From Octopus sinensis (taxonomy: Eukaryota), in assembly GCF_006345805.1 (NCBI RefSeq), contig NC_043006.1, positions 80,910,001 through 80,974,000 on the forward strand: a DNA stretch of 64,000 nucleotides, in the 5' to 3' direction. The notes beneath the pieces are model-generated. The model searched no databases and had not been told where the DNA came from. It saw only the letters and a list, made by a program, of their open reading frames with translations. Numbering within the stretch: the first letter of the stretch is position 1; each line of letters begins with the position of its first letter. Positions 25,953 to 39,125 of this stretch are shown here, piece by piece. A program made the translations under genes and the position numbers.

Positions 25953-26061
25953 TTAATCAAAGGACATACTGGCCATGTCTACCTGCTGGAAATAACAATG
26001 AAATAAAAGTTTTGACTGTTATTTCCAGCAGGTAAACATACTCAGTATGTCCTTTGATTAA
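25953..26061. repeat. ~109-bp hairpin (MITE-like or pre-miRNA-like)
   Basis: 19-bp perfect outer stem, 3x3 internal loop, 23-bp inner stem with one mismatch, 19-nt loop; TTAA at both ends. Confidence 0.85.
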
Positions 26062-26072
26062 CACAAACACAT

Positions 26073-26107
<35 letters not shown>

Positions 26108-26113
26108 AATATA

Positions 26114-26148
<35 letters not shown>

Positions 26149-26686
26149 GAGATAGAATGAGAGAAAGAAATATATATAAGTATGTGTATATGTAATCATA
26201 CAAACCAGCCAAAACCCCATGCATATGTTCTCTCAGACAAACACATACACTCATGCGTTTATATACAAACGCAAAAATGTACATACACACACGAATACAC
26301 ACATGCCCACACACACGCACACACACACGCACACAGACACACACACACACACACACGTTCCCATATATGATTTTCCAGATTTACACACGCACTCACACAC
26401 ATTCGCCGGCCTTGTTTCAGCCAGCCTCCAGACACTAAGACGCCACCAGCTTCCTGCCCAGCCATGCAGTCCGATTTCCTTTTCTAACGGAATTGCTGTC
26501 GCTGAATGGTAGATTTTGTGCTGACAACACCAGGTGATCCGCATTGGTCAATAGCAGCCCGTTTTCCGGTAGCAATCTTGGACTTTCTGTGTCTATTCAT
26601 TTAGTAATCTAAGCCTGAACGAGGTAGGTTTCTGTAAGACTCCTACGAAGCTTTAAATCACATGGAGCCAAATCAAACTGTTTTAA

Positions 26687-26940
<254 letters not shown>

Positions 26941-26944
26941 GGAG

Positions 26945-27190
26945 TCTAAAAACAGAAAAAACTCCTATCATAGTAGGCACATTAGGTATGATAAAAAAAT
27001 ATTCAGACAAATACACAACAGAAACAGCAGGAATTACAAGTACATATAACATACAGAAAATAGCACTGCTAAGCACCGCACACATCCTACTTAAAACACT
27101 TTCAATACAGTAAAAGTATGAGAATCACAACAACACAGAGCACATATCCAAGGCGCACTCGGTAGAGCAAGGAAAGCACATGATAAAAAA
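26945..27190 (+). mobile_element. 5'-truncated 3' end of the same R4/Dong family as 33062-37171
   Basis: CCTATCATAGTAGG..CATTAGG.ATGATAAAAAAATATTCAGACAAATACA...CAGAAAAT.GCACT matches the reverse complement of 33190-33330. Confidence 0.8.
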
Positions 27191-27199
27191 AGACCCAGC

Positions 27200-27960
27200 G
27201 CACTATACTGGCAGAGTAAGACGCAGTTTTGGCCATGAACTGGAGGGTCAACCTTAAGAATGAGCAAGTGTCTCCGCTGTGCTGTATCTATAATAGAGTA
27301 GATGTAACCATTGCCTATATCATGAACGAATTCCCTATACTTGTCCAAAACCACTACAAATTTTGGCGACACGATCAGGTAGTGAAAGTGCTACGTTGGA
27401 AACTGTGCGAAAAGTAGGAGCTAGAGAGAGGCAAGAAATGGTATGAGCACAAACCGTAGAGAGTGGTGGAGTCGGAAACTAGCAATATCCTCTGGGATTT
27501 ACCAATCCAAACAGTTAAGGTGTTAGAGCATAACAGACCGGACCTAGTGCTGGTCAACAATTTGCACCATATGTGCTGTATAGTTGATGTTGCATGCCCC
27601 TTTGACACAGGAATAGTCAAGAAGGAATGCGAATAAATAGATGAATAAAACCCTCTTAAGTACAAAATGGCCCAGCTATGGAAAATGAAGAAGGTGAAGA
27701 GAGTGCCAATTATTGCTGGATACTTGGGTACAGTATCAGAAGGAAGGCATCAAGAGGAATATAAAGGAAATAGGAATAGAGTATCCAGCAGAACTGTTTA
27801 TATATATATTTTCTTCCTTGGTACGGTCAGAATAGTCAGGAAAGTATTAGCTGAAAAGAACGGATAGCATAGTATCGTAGGCTGCAGGTAGCCAGGTAGC
27901 AAGCCCGTTGAGCATGCAAAACTCCGGGACTTCCAGGAAAAACCAGTGATAAAAAGCACT
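27200..27960 (+). mobile_element. R4/Dong-type endonuclease fragment of a different family
   Basis: RHDQVVKVLRWKLCEK...WYEHKP...ILWD..IQT...EHNRPDLVLV...IVDVACPFD...LGTVRIVRKVL, with stops. Confidence 0.8.
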
Positions 27961-28039
27961 CAGAGAACCCAAACCTCTGCCAAGGCAACACCAACGTCCT
28001 CTCAACGATTAGCCAGCGATGACTTTTAAAATGAGAATA

Positions 28040-28422
28040 TCTCTCTATATAAACGGCAGTTTGTCTGTGCGTGTTTCTGTGTGTCTGTTTGCTTGTACCC
28101 TCACCCTGACCATGGCTTTCAACCGATTCTGATGAAACTTGACACACACATAGCCCAATGTCATAATTCAAAACTAACGCAGCGAAAATTTTGAAAAGTT
28201 CCCCCAGTTCTGAAAAAAAATCGATAAATTCGACATGGGGTCGAGAATTAGAAACACAAACAGCAACTGTCTAGGGGACGCAACTCCACCTTTTTTCACT
28301 CTCAAAAAAAATTTACCATCATTTTTTTCCATTTTTTTGCTATTTTTTGGCTATAACTCTCTAAAAATGCTTTATAGTTATTTCCCTTACAAACCCGAGC
28401 AACGCCGGGCGATACTGCTAGT
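28040..28422 (-). mobile_element. Non-autonomous Helitron/Helentron-associated (HINE/DINE-like) element
   Basis: On the minus strand it begins ACTAGCAGTATCGCCCGGCGTTGCTCGGG and ends ACAGACAAACTGCCGTTTATATAGAGAGAT, the architecture of DINE-1/Lep1-like elements. Confidence 0.55.
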
Positions 28423-28479
28423 CTGAAATAAACTCCACTGCTTTCATAAACGACAATACTAAAAATGAACCCGACCGCT

Positions 28480-28690
28480 CTCAAAAGTTAAAAAAAAAAC
28501 GGAAAAATAATCCAGATCCTTGTCCTGTACAGGATCGATCCCAAAAGTTAATCAGTTCGTGCCAGTCACGAGGCAAACAACGCTGAAAGTTTAAACCGAA
28601 TCCATCCAGTGGTTCTTGAGATATCTTGTCCACGTACAAACAAACAAACAAACACTACTGAAACAATACCTCCGCCTTCGCTAAGGCAGA

Positions 28691-28695
<5 letters not shown>
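28480..28695 (+). mobile_element. Helentron-associated element 3' end with terminal stem-loop
   Basis: (ACAA)n followed by the hairpin CCTCCGCCTT-CGCT-AAGGCAGAGG and then a (TAA)n tract. Confidence 0.45.
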
Positions 28696-28752
<57 letters not shown>

Positions 28753-28798
28753 TAATAATAATAATAATAACCTCTGTCTATCGTATATATGTATGTGC

Positions 28799-28873
<75 letters not shown>

Positions 28874-29244
28874 ATCTGTGTGTGTGTGTGTGTACACGGA
28901 ACAATCAAAATCCATAACCCAGGCTGTAGACGGTGCAAAGTACAGGTTGCAATCACCTTTCAACATTTGTTGCTCTCATCAGCCAGCTTCATGTTTCTCA
29001 ATACGTTTTATATTACTCTTCCTTTCTGTGTTGGTTTTTACTATACGTATTTCAGCATTATATTTCACATTCGGAAAATCTTTTCTTGAGTTTACTGGTG
29101 TCATCTTTATATTTCTGTCTTTTAAACAATTGTCAGAAAAAGTTTCTTGGTCGGTTTTCAGCCCTACAATTTCTTCGCGTTCTAGTTATCTTGATCTTAT
29201 GTATGAGACGAAAAAGTAGTAGTTTTTACATAACATTACATTCT

Positions 29245-29640
29245 TTTCTTCTCTAGGCACAAGGCTCGAAAGTTTTGGGGAGGGAGCCAGTCGATTAGAT
29301 CGGCCCCAGTACGCAACTGATACTTAATTTATTGACCCCGAAAGGATGAATGGCGAAGTCGATCTCGGTGGAATTTGAACTCAGAATGTAAAGACAGGCG
29401 AAACACCTATTTCTTTACTACCCACAAGGGGCTAAACACAGAGAACAAACAAGGACAGACAAACGAATTAAGTCGATTATATCTACCCCAGTGCATATCT
29501 GATACTTATTTAATCGACTCCGAAAGGATGAAAAGCAAAGTCGACCACGGCGGAATTTGAACTCAGAACGTAGCGGCAGATGAAATACCGCAAAGCATTT
29601 CGCCCGTCGTGCTAACGATTCTACCAGGTCGCCGCCTTCT
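29245..29640 (-). mobile_element. SINE family C (compound)
   Basis: Reverse complement of 58224-58622. Confidence 0.8.
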
Positions 29641-30188
29641 TAACATTACATTCTAACACTTCAATGTTCCTGATAGTGTTCTCAATTTCATGACTAAGGT
29701 CCAGGAATTAGTCTTTTGGCCTTTTGAAATTACGATTCCTCTTGAATTATGTATGTTTCTTGAAATTGTAATCAATTTTTTTTTCAAACGCCGTGTACCT
29801 TTTGCAGAAGTCGCTGTGGTTACAGCAATCTTATGCTTTCTTTGATCTCACTTATTTCGATATTATGCTACCAAAATATTCAACAGGATCCATCAAAATA
29901 TCTGAATGTCTTTCGTACTATTTCAAGTGGATTCGTTGATATCTGTGAAGTGTTGCCATCATTTTCCTATTTTCCGTCGCCTGCTTTCCATTACATAGAT
30001 TCTAGCATATATACCAAGACTGCTTCCAGTTATATCTTTAAGTTATCAATCATTATTTCTCTTAAAATCATTGTATCTACAAAGAAAACAGGAAGTGTTT
30101 GACTTTTCTACATCTCAATTTCAACTTTCTGTCAAGTAACTATAGGGTTTCTGATAATTATTTATTCTCTAACCTCTTTGAAATATAC

Positions 30189-30562
30189 TATGGAAGCACT
30201 CCGTCGGTTACGACGACGAGGGTTCCGGTTGATCCGATCAGCGGAACAGCCTGCTCGTGAAATTAACGTGTAAGTGGCTGAGCACTCCACAGACACGTGT
30301 ACCCTTAACGTAGTTCTCGGGGATATTCAGCGTGTGACACAGAGAGTGACAAGGCCGGCCCTTTGAAATACAGGTACAACAGAAACGGAGAAAGAGTAGA
30401 GTAAGTTGTGGTGAAAGAGTACAGGGGATCACCACATCCCTGCCGTAGCCTCGTGGAGCTTTAGGTTTTCGCTCAATAACACTCACAACGCCCGGTCTGG
30501 GAATCGAAACCGCGATCCCACGACCGCGAGTCCGCTGCCCTAACCGCTGGGTCATTGCCCTC
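30189..30562 (-). mobile_element. tRNA-derived SINE, family B
   Basis: The minus-strand head has A-box-like ACCCAGCGGTTAG and B-box GGTTTCGATTCCC; the body is shared with 22483-22800. Confidence 0.85.
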
Positions 30563-31437
30563 TTTGAAATATACAGGACACAGAAGACAACCTAGTTTGA
30601 CAGCAACGCTTATATTCGACCAGTTACATGTTGATTTTCGCAGTTAAATAGTGAATATCAAATCAAAGTAAGACATTTTGCATGTTCATATAATAACGAC
30701 ATAATACTTACTCTTAGCAAGCTGGTGTCATATTTTCTTATAATAACCCTTACAAACCATGTCACGTATCCTGAAGGTCTCTTTATAAAACCAACGTCGC
30801 TGTTGTAAAACAATTACTGATTTGCAAAAATATATTTTTGCTATTACGTTGGGAACATGTAATTTTGTTCAACGATGATTCACAGTTTTTGGAAACAATC
30901 CTGTGAAGCACTTACTCTTTCATTGGTTTCAATAAAGAAAATAAAACGTAACATAATACTCCGGGGGCGGATTCAATCAAATAACTGTACGGTTATATTT
31001 GTAATTTCTGGTAATTCTATACTTAATAATACTATAATACTCGACTGCGAAAATTTAGTGGGCTACTGACAAAAATGTCTGTATTTTCTTTTATATGAGT
31101 ACAGGTACAAACATTTTCATAACCCCCCACCCCACACACACCAACACACACACACACATTTGTGTATCCATACATGCCAAATAGTATGCTATAATAAATG
31201 TCATTACTAATACTCACGCCAGCAGCATAATAGAAAAACCAAGTCCACAAACTCTGCACTATGGTTTTATATGTACTCAACAAAACGTATTAACTCATCC
31301 TTCCATTTTATGTAAAATTCTCTTTATACCGGTTCGACATTAAAATAAAAGTTAACGTACATACATACATACATACAACATACATACATCATACATACGT
31401 ACATACATCATACATACGTACATACATACATACATAG

Positions 31438-31484
<47 letters not shown>

Positions 31485-31614
31485 CAGGGTGTCCCAAAAA
31501 AATGTATACACACCTTAAATAATTGTAAATTTGTTATTCTTTGTAAGGCTAGTACTTATTCCATCGTTGTCTTTTGCCGAACCACTATGTGTATACATTT
31601 TGGGGAACACCCTG
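31485..31614. mobile_element. Tc1/mariner-type MITE
   Basis: TIRs CAGGGTGTCCCAAAAAAATGTATACA / TGTATACATTTTGGGGAACACCCTG, flanked by TA. Confidence 0.8.
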
Positions 31615-31659
31615 TATATATATATATATTATATATATATATATATATATAATATATAT

Positions 31660-31835
31660 ATATAACGGGAAGGTTTACGAAAATAAACAAAAGACGAAGG
31701 CAGGTGGAGTACAAACAAATAATGTATTAGTATGGCGCTCAGGAATAGAAATAAAACAAGTCTTTTACGTTTCGAGCCTACGCTTTCGACAGAAAGATAC
31801 ACAGAAAAGAAACAAGTAGAGAAACAAGGAGAGAA
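31660..31835 (-). mobile_element. Family Y-related copy
   Basis: The reverse complement reads TCTTT-CTGTCGA-A-AGCGTAGGCTC-GAAA-CG-TA-AAAGA (31761-31797). Confidence 0.55.
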
Positions 31836-32339
31836 AAAAAATACATATGTATATATATACATATATATATATATACATATATAATTAGAAAATTTCTATA
31901 AGATATATAAGTAGTAACTGTACTGAATAGTAATGTTTTCCGCCACTTTGACATGGCTGCACCGTACAAACCGACGTTACGATCATATTTTAACTCCGAG
32001 GGGACGCCTCCTCTGGCAGTTTATCGATGTAATCTCTTCTCGATATTACTTTGCAGGCAGGGGAACGAACCCCCCAACAACTTCTAGCTACCTGACAGGA
32101 CCACTGGACAGGCCGGTTTCGGGGTATTTTCACCCATCCCTAGTGATGGATGCCTGCCCGCTAGAGATAGCAGTAGTTCGTTCCAGCTCGCAATATAAGT
32201 AACAGTCTCTTATAGCGATTTTCTAACTAGATACTTTGCTTGTTGCAAGATAAGCGAGTGAGTGTCACTCTTTTTCTATATATAATATATTATATATTAT
32301 ATAATATTATATATTATATTTTCTATAGAAAGGAATTAA

Positions 32340-32769
32340 TACGATTATTGGGGATGGCTATGGTTTTTATGAACCCTCGTTTTTCTTTTTTGGAGCTGTA
32401 GCACTGTCTGCCATTTATTCGTGCAATCTGTTATATATTTTATGATTATTGGTAGCACTAATAATCATAAAATATATTACACATTCCATGTGTTTTTGTT
32501 TGATTCTTTTGGGGTTGGAGTTGAACTGTTTGTTCTGTTAAAAGAAACGTTGGCGTTTCTCACACCGACGTATTCTTTGTGCTTTGGCAAGGATATCTTG
32601 CTTTAGATGTTCTTTTACCTCAGGTAAACCTTTTTCTGTAATTTTGTATTTACACAGTATTTTGGTTCTCTTCTTGTTGGTTATTAAGTGTTGATTGTCT
32701 ACAACTTTCGTTAAGGATTTTCTATTTTTTCTGGATATTATTTATCCACAGTGTTTGTTTGGTAGTGGC

Positions 32770-32770
<1 letters not shown>
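32340..32770 (-). mobile_element. Second, diverged R4/Dong fragment (N-terminal region)
   Basis: GCTTTGGCAAGGATATCTTGCTT and TTATTTATCCACAG match 35750-35940 of the adjacent element. Confidence 0.65.
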
Positions 32771-32807
<37 letters not shown>

Positions 32808-32809
32808 TG

Positions 32810-32885
<76 letters not shown>

Positions 32886-33012
32886 TAATTATTATTATTA
32901 TTATCATTATTATTATTATTATTATTATTATTACTACTACTATATTATTATTATTATTATTATTATTATATTATTGTTATTATTACATTATTATATTATT
33001 ATTATTATATAC

Positions 33013-33059
<47 letters not shown>

Positions 33060-33062
33060 TAT
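32770..33062. repeat. (TAA)n followed by (ATT)n microsatellite at the 3' end of the R4/Dong element
   Basis: Directly visible. Confidence 0.95.
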
Positions 33063-36000
33063 TATTATATTCAGTAGTTTTATTTTATAGCGTGCTTTCA
33101 CTTCACTACCGAGCGCAGCTGTGTGCCTTGGGTATGTGCTGTGATTTGTTGTGATGCTCTCATGGGTATTGATGATGGAGTGTGTGCTAGGTAGGATGTG
33201 TGCAGTGCCTAGTAGTGCAATTTTCTGTATGTTATATGTGTTGTAAGTCCTGGTGTTTTTGTTATGTATTTGTCTGAATATTTTTTTATCATGCCTAATG
33301 CACCTACTATGATAGGAATTGTTTCTGTTTTCAGGTTCCACATTCTAGTTACCTCTATTCCAGGTCTTTGTATTTTGAGAGTTTCTCCATTTCTTTTAGA
33401 GACACGTTGTCATCTGCCGCTATTGATACATCAATTAGAAAGCATTTTTTTCCTTCATGATCTCTGACAACTATATCTGGTCTGTTGGCCTTAATTTCTC
33501 TATCTGTGTGTATCGGCATATCCCAGAGTATGGTTGCTTTCTCGTTTTCTGTGACCTTTTCTGGTGTGTGCCTATACCATTTTTTCTGTTGTTATTCCAT
33601 AAGGTTGGCATAGCTTCCAATGTATGTAGGTTCCAACCTGTCATGTCTGTGAATATATTCCTTCTTAGCCAGGACTGGGCAGCTAGAGATAATATGATTT
33701 ATTGTTTCTTGTCCATCACCACATATTCTGCAGTTACTTGTAATATTTCTTTTCATTACATGTTTTTGGTAATTTCTGGTGGGGAGGCTTTGGTCTTGTG
33801 CTGCAATTAAAAATCCCTCTGTTTCTGCTTTGAGTCCTGAGCTTCTCAACCATTGCTGGGATTTTTCTTTGTCTATTTCTTTAGCGTTTAGTTTAGTGCA
33901 GTATTTACCATGAAGGGGCTTTTCTTGCCATCGTTTTATCATGGCTCGTTGCTGTTCTATTTTTAGTTGGATTTCAATTTTATAGCTTTTGTTGTTTCTT
34001 CTTCTTCTTCTTTTCTTCTTCTTTTTCTTTTCTTCTTCTTTCTTCTTCTTCTTCTTCTCTTCTTCTTCTTCTTCATATTTATCAGGTGGTATGATTTCTT
34101 GTTTGTATTGTCAACTTCCTTAAATACTGAGAACAGTTTTTTGTTTTGCTCGTGTTTTGCTGCTATCTGGATCAGTTTTCCTTCCTTCTGAAGTAGGTAT
34201 TTTTGCAGTCCTATGGTGGTTATTTTATAGTAGTTTTCCAGCTGTATAAGGCCTCTACCACCTTCTATACGTTGTATATATAGTCTTTCTATGTCAGATT
34301 TGTGGTGATGCATCCTAGATCCTGTCAGTATTTTCTTGTTTTCCTATCTATTTTGGACAGTTCATTTCGTGTCCAGTTAAGGATATTGTAGCTGTAACTT
34401 ATAACTGGGACAGCTAAAGTGTTGATACCTATTATCTTGTTTTAGCATTGAGCTCTGTTTTTAGTATTGATCTAACTCGTCTATAATATTCTTTGTTTAT
34501 TTTCTCTTTCATTTGTGTGTGTGTTGTGTCTTATCTAGTTCATGGATTCCTAAGTATTTGTAAGTTTGGCTTTGGTCTAATTCTTTTATTTCATTGGTTT
34601 TATCTAGTGTGATGTTGTTACTCTTAACTAGTTTTCCTCTTTTCATGGTTACTTTGGCGCATTTTTCTAATCCAAATTTCATATAATTTCTTTGGTAAAT
34701 CCATGAACTGTCTTTAATAGTGTTTCCAGCTGTTTGTCATTTGCAGCGTATAGTTTTAGGTCATCCATATATAAAAGGTGGCTGATCGTTTGCCGTAACA
34801 TTTATATCCGCCTCCAGTTCTATTTAGCATATCAGATAGAGGTGACAGTGCCAAGCAGAAAAGGAGTGGAGAGAGCGTGTCTCCCTGGAATATTCCTCTT
34901 CTAATGGGGATGTCTTTGGTTTTCATGAGTCCCTCTTTTGTTTGGAGGTGTAGGACTGTTTGCCATTTATTCATAGAGTGCTCTATGATTATTTTATGAT
35001 TGTTGGTGCTACTTTGTTAATGGCTAGTGTTTCGAGGATCCATGTGTGGGGGATGCTATCAAACGCCTTTTGTAGTCAATCCAGGCCATACTGAGACCTT
35101 TCTTCTTTCTGTGGCTGTCTTCAGTTACGGCTTTATTAATCATTAGTTGATCTTTACAGCCATATGAGCCCTTGCGGCATCCTTTCTGCTCTTCTGGAAC
35201 AGTTTGTTTTCGTCCAGGTGCTTGTTCAGCCTTTGCGATATCACTGCAGTAAATGCCTTGAACATAGTAGGGAGGCAGGTTATTGGTCTGTAGTTTTCTG
35301 GTTTTGTTGTTTCATTTGATTTGGGAATTAAGATGGCTTTCCCCTTCGTGAGCCATTCAGGCATTGTCTCTGGCTCTGCTAGTATGCTGTTAAAGTTTTC
35401 AGCCAGCTTTTTGTGCATTCCTGTTAGATATTTCAACCAGAAGTTGGGGATCTTGTCATGCCCAGGTGCCTTCTAGTTGCTTAGTTTTTTGCAGTGCTTG
35501 GGTGACCTCTTCAGTTCTTATGGGGGTCCAAAGTTGTTCAGATGCCGAGTTTGTTATTTTCATACTCCTTTTTTTTTGGCTGTTCGTTCGCCGACCATAT
35601 TCTCTCAGAATTCTTCCAATTCTTCTGCCGTTGGTGCTGCAGTGACTTCTATTTTATTTTGCCCAGTTCTTGGTAGAACTTTGGGGTCGGAGTTGAACTT
35701 TTTGTTCTGTTCAAAGAAGCGTTGGCGTTTCTCGTACCGGCGGATCCTTTGAGCTTTGGCAAGGATATCTTGCTTCAGCTTTTCTTTTATCTCCGGCAAA
35801 TCTTTTTCTGTGATGTTATATTTGCGGAGCATTTTTGTTCTTTTTGTTGCTCAGTAGCGTTGCTTGTTTGCTGATTTCATTAAGATCGACAGGTCTTCTC
35901 TAATTTTTTTTATTTTGTTTTGGATGTTATTTATCCACAGGGTTTGTCTGGGTGGTGGTACTCCTGTTTGGGCGGGTTTGGGTGAGTATCCAGCTTCTTT

Positions 36001-37171
36001 TGTGGCTGCAGTGGCTGCTGCGTATATCAGGTCATTTAGTTCAGTGATATCACTTTTTTTTTGTTTCAGTGGCTAGTTCAGTGACGGCTAGGTTTATGTT
36101 GTTTTATAATTGGTGTTGTTATTTCGTTTATTTTGATTCTTGGGAGGTATGGTCGGTGGTCCATTTTGAGCTCTGTGGTTTTCAGTTCTTTGATTATTTT
36201 ATTTTTTTTATTATCATAATCATTAGGCTCCCCTTCGTTGTTTACATCGTGTTTGTTGGAATGTTGCGTTTGTCTTCGTGTTTTACAGTTTCAGTGTTTA
36301 TATTATTGGGCATTGTTGTGTGGCTTCTATCTACATTTTCCTGGTGTATTTTTTCTTTTAAATGTTCTATTTCTTTTCTGATATTTTTTTGGCTTGAGAA
36401 TGTATCTTCGTACGTTAGCTAATTTATTAGGGTTCATTGCTGTATCCAAGTCTATATCTCTATTATTTTCCTTCCATATTTTATATGTATGTGTTGTTTG
36501 TATTTTCATTTTGTGGGTAGGCATTGCTGTGAAGTATGCGTGTAAGATAGAAATGTATTCCTCACGTGTCCATTTACGTCTTTTGGGTTTTAATTGCGGG
36601 ACATGAGGTACAACGTCCGCCCATTATTTTGACGGTCGTCATTTTCGTAGGGTACCGGTCCGTTTATTTCTGTTGTCACATTATTTCGCACGTGTAGTTT
36701 TTCGTACATTTTTTGTTGTAGGTTTAATGTACGTACCGCTCGATTGTTATTCTTGGGTTGAATAGTATCGGTGGCATTTAATTTCTTCGTAGTTCCTTTG
36801 TACATGGTGTTTGAGGTCGGGGATGATCGTGTTGTTTCACGCATGTTTACATGTGTTGTGTTAGAGGTGGAGATAATATCGAGTCAAAATACAGCATTTC
36901 GTTTCGAAAATAGTAATAAATTTCAATTAGTATTACTTACTCGGATATAGTCCAATTCTTTGTTAGTAAATCTTTGGCTCCATAGGGTGTCCTTGTTTTC
37001 GATGTTTGTGGATAGATTTCGGAGCTCTGTATTTTCCTTCTTACATCTTAAACGTCCTATTTTCCTTCTTACATCTTAAACGTCCTATTTTCCTTCTTAC
37101 ATCTTAAACGTCCCTATTTTCCTTCTTACATCTTAAACGTCCCTATTTTCCTTCTTACATCTTAAACGTCC
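33062..37171 (-). mobile_element. R4/Dong-clade non-LTR retrotransposon (single ORF: RT plus restriction-like endonuclease), near full length, frameshifted
   Basis: Motifs in order: PENYRPITCLPTMFK; RRGIFQGDTLSPLLFCLAL; FYIWMT/YMDDLK region; DIERLYIQRIEGGRGL; PLHGKY..WL..SGLKAETEGFLIAAQDQSLPTRNY; CRICG...ETINHIISSC; RHD. Flanked by (ATT/TAA)n on both sides. Confidence 0.9.
37030..37171 (-). repeat. Five tandem copies of a 28-29 bp unit at the 5' end of the R4/Dong element
   Basis: TATTTTCCTTCTTACATCTTAAACGTCC x5; the last three copies carry an extra C at the junction. Confidence 0.95.
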
Positions 37172-37172
37172 C

Positions 37173-37223
<51 letters not shown>

Positions 37224-37364
37224 TATTCTATGTTTTACTTTTGCTTTATATTTGTACAAGTTGGCTCCAAGTCTCACCCAGAGACCTCAAGAGACAACAG
37301 GTTGGAAGTTCATGTTGTTGTTATACCTAGAGTGCCCTATATTTGGTTTTTATTATTATTATTA

Positions 37365-37404
<40 letters not shown>

Positions 37405-37410
<6 letters not shown>

Positions 37411-37820
37411 GTGTGAATGAGAGAGCAGTGCATGCCATCAAAGTTACACTGGAGTAAAATATACGAAGCCAAGAATACCCACCATGATTACTTGTCTGAT
37501 AAGGGTACACAAGGCACATGCATCACAACCATATGTGCGCGACATGGTATTCTCATATCAAGAGAAACATCGCATGATCTTGCAGGTGGTGCCCAGTTGG
37601 ACTTCTTCAGGTCGAGTAGGCCATCCCGCTCAAAAGGACCCTGAATAAGGGTTGTTTAAGAATGTTGAACGAAATACCCATGCTTCCAGAGGTGAATTAT
37701 TCAAACATCAAAGAATTCATCTCAGCACATGGCTATGATGCTCCCCCACTACCTCTGCTCGTAATCAGAGATATCATCATGCCCTAAGGGACATGCTCAA
37801 CTAGTTAAGGTCAAGCAAAT
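37405..37820 (-). mobile_element. Second copy of the TAA-embedded element
   Basis: Reverse complement of about 13880-14268, adjacent to (ATT)n. Confidence 0.75.
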
Positions 37821-37901
37821 TTATGGTATTAAGCAGAATATGTGCCGTGGCCAATTTTTATACCAAGACAAAACAATGTATTATTATTATAATTATTATC
37901 A

Positions 37902-37947
<46 letters not shown>

Positions 37948-38399
37948 CATCATTATTATTATCATTATTATTACTATTATTGATTTCGGTGTTTCTTTTA
38001 TTGATGTAACTGTGGATTTTTTTATTGATGAATATACAATGAAGATGATGTCCGTACTCTTCCTTCTGCCTCTACTTCTCCTTCTCATCATCACTATCGG
38101 TATTGTAATCATCATCTTCGTCTTATTCATCTAATTCTTGTACAAGAATTCCCATTTTGGGGATATCTAATTTCCTTCCAAAAATATATTAATCTGTCCA
38201 TGTATCAATATATACTATTCTTCAACAAATCAGTTTCTTATATATCTCTCGATCTATTTATATACTTATTTATTTATTCATTTATTCATTTCGATTTCTC
38301 TCTCTCCCCCTTTTCTCTCTCTCTCTTTCTTTCTCTTTCTCTATATCTCTCTCTCCCTCTCTCACACACAGTCTTCTCGATTTTTCTCCATATGTAACA

Positions 38400-39125
38400 T
38401 TCACATTATATGTTCAATCGCAGATATAGACACATTCCATACTCCCATCACCCCTATCGCCGTCACTACCACCAACACCACCGCATTCATTGCCTCCACT
38501 CTCACTACCAAGACTATCATCATTATCATCATCGTTATAATCACCACCAACACGGTCACTACTACTACCACAATGACCATCTTCATCATCAGCAACGTCT
38601 TCGTGGCCATCATCATCATCATCATCATCATTATTCTTATCAACATCACCATCATCAACAACATTGCTGCCTTCATCATCGCATTCCACCCACCCCACCC
38701 ACCACACCTTCTCCTACTCATCATCATCATCATCATCATCATCTACACATTATCATTATCATCTACATCATCATCATTATCATCATGGACTTCTCGTTTA
38801 GCATCACATCTACTATGAAGATGATCATTTTTTATCATTGTCTTCATGATCGTTATTATCGATATCACCAGCAGCAACAGTGTCGTCGTCGTCATCACCA
38901 TCATCATCATCATCATCATCATTACATACATCATCTTTAACCTTAGCATCACTACTATCCTATGAGTATAGGAACATATTTATGTTCACCATCATGGACG
39001 GCTTATTCAACATCAGCGTCGTCGCCTTAGTCGTTGTCACCTCCGTCGTTGCCCTCATTGCTTTTGCAGTCATTGTTGTCCTCATCATCGTCATCATCAT
39101 CACCACCACCACCACCACCACCATA
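38400..39125. repeat. Degenerate (CAT/CAC/CGT)n low-complexity tract
   Basis: Directly visible; it is the source of the poly-His/Ile/Met ORFs. Confidence 0.9.

Noticed and set aside
30490-30562. tRNA gene (also the heads at 43913, 46105, 22740, 6490)
   Set aside because: The A/B boxes are attached to SINE bodies and I could not fold a complete cloverleaf.
37030-37171. 28-bp direct repeats as a CRISPR array
   Set aside because: The repeats are contiguous with no spacers, and the context is a eukaryotic retrotransposon.
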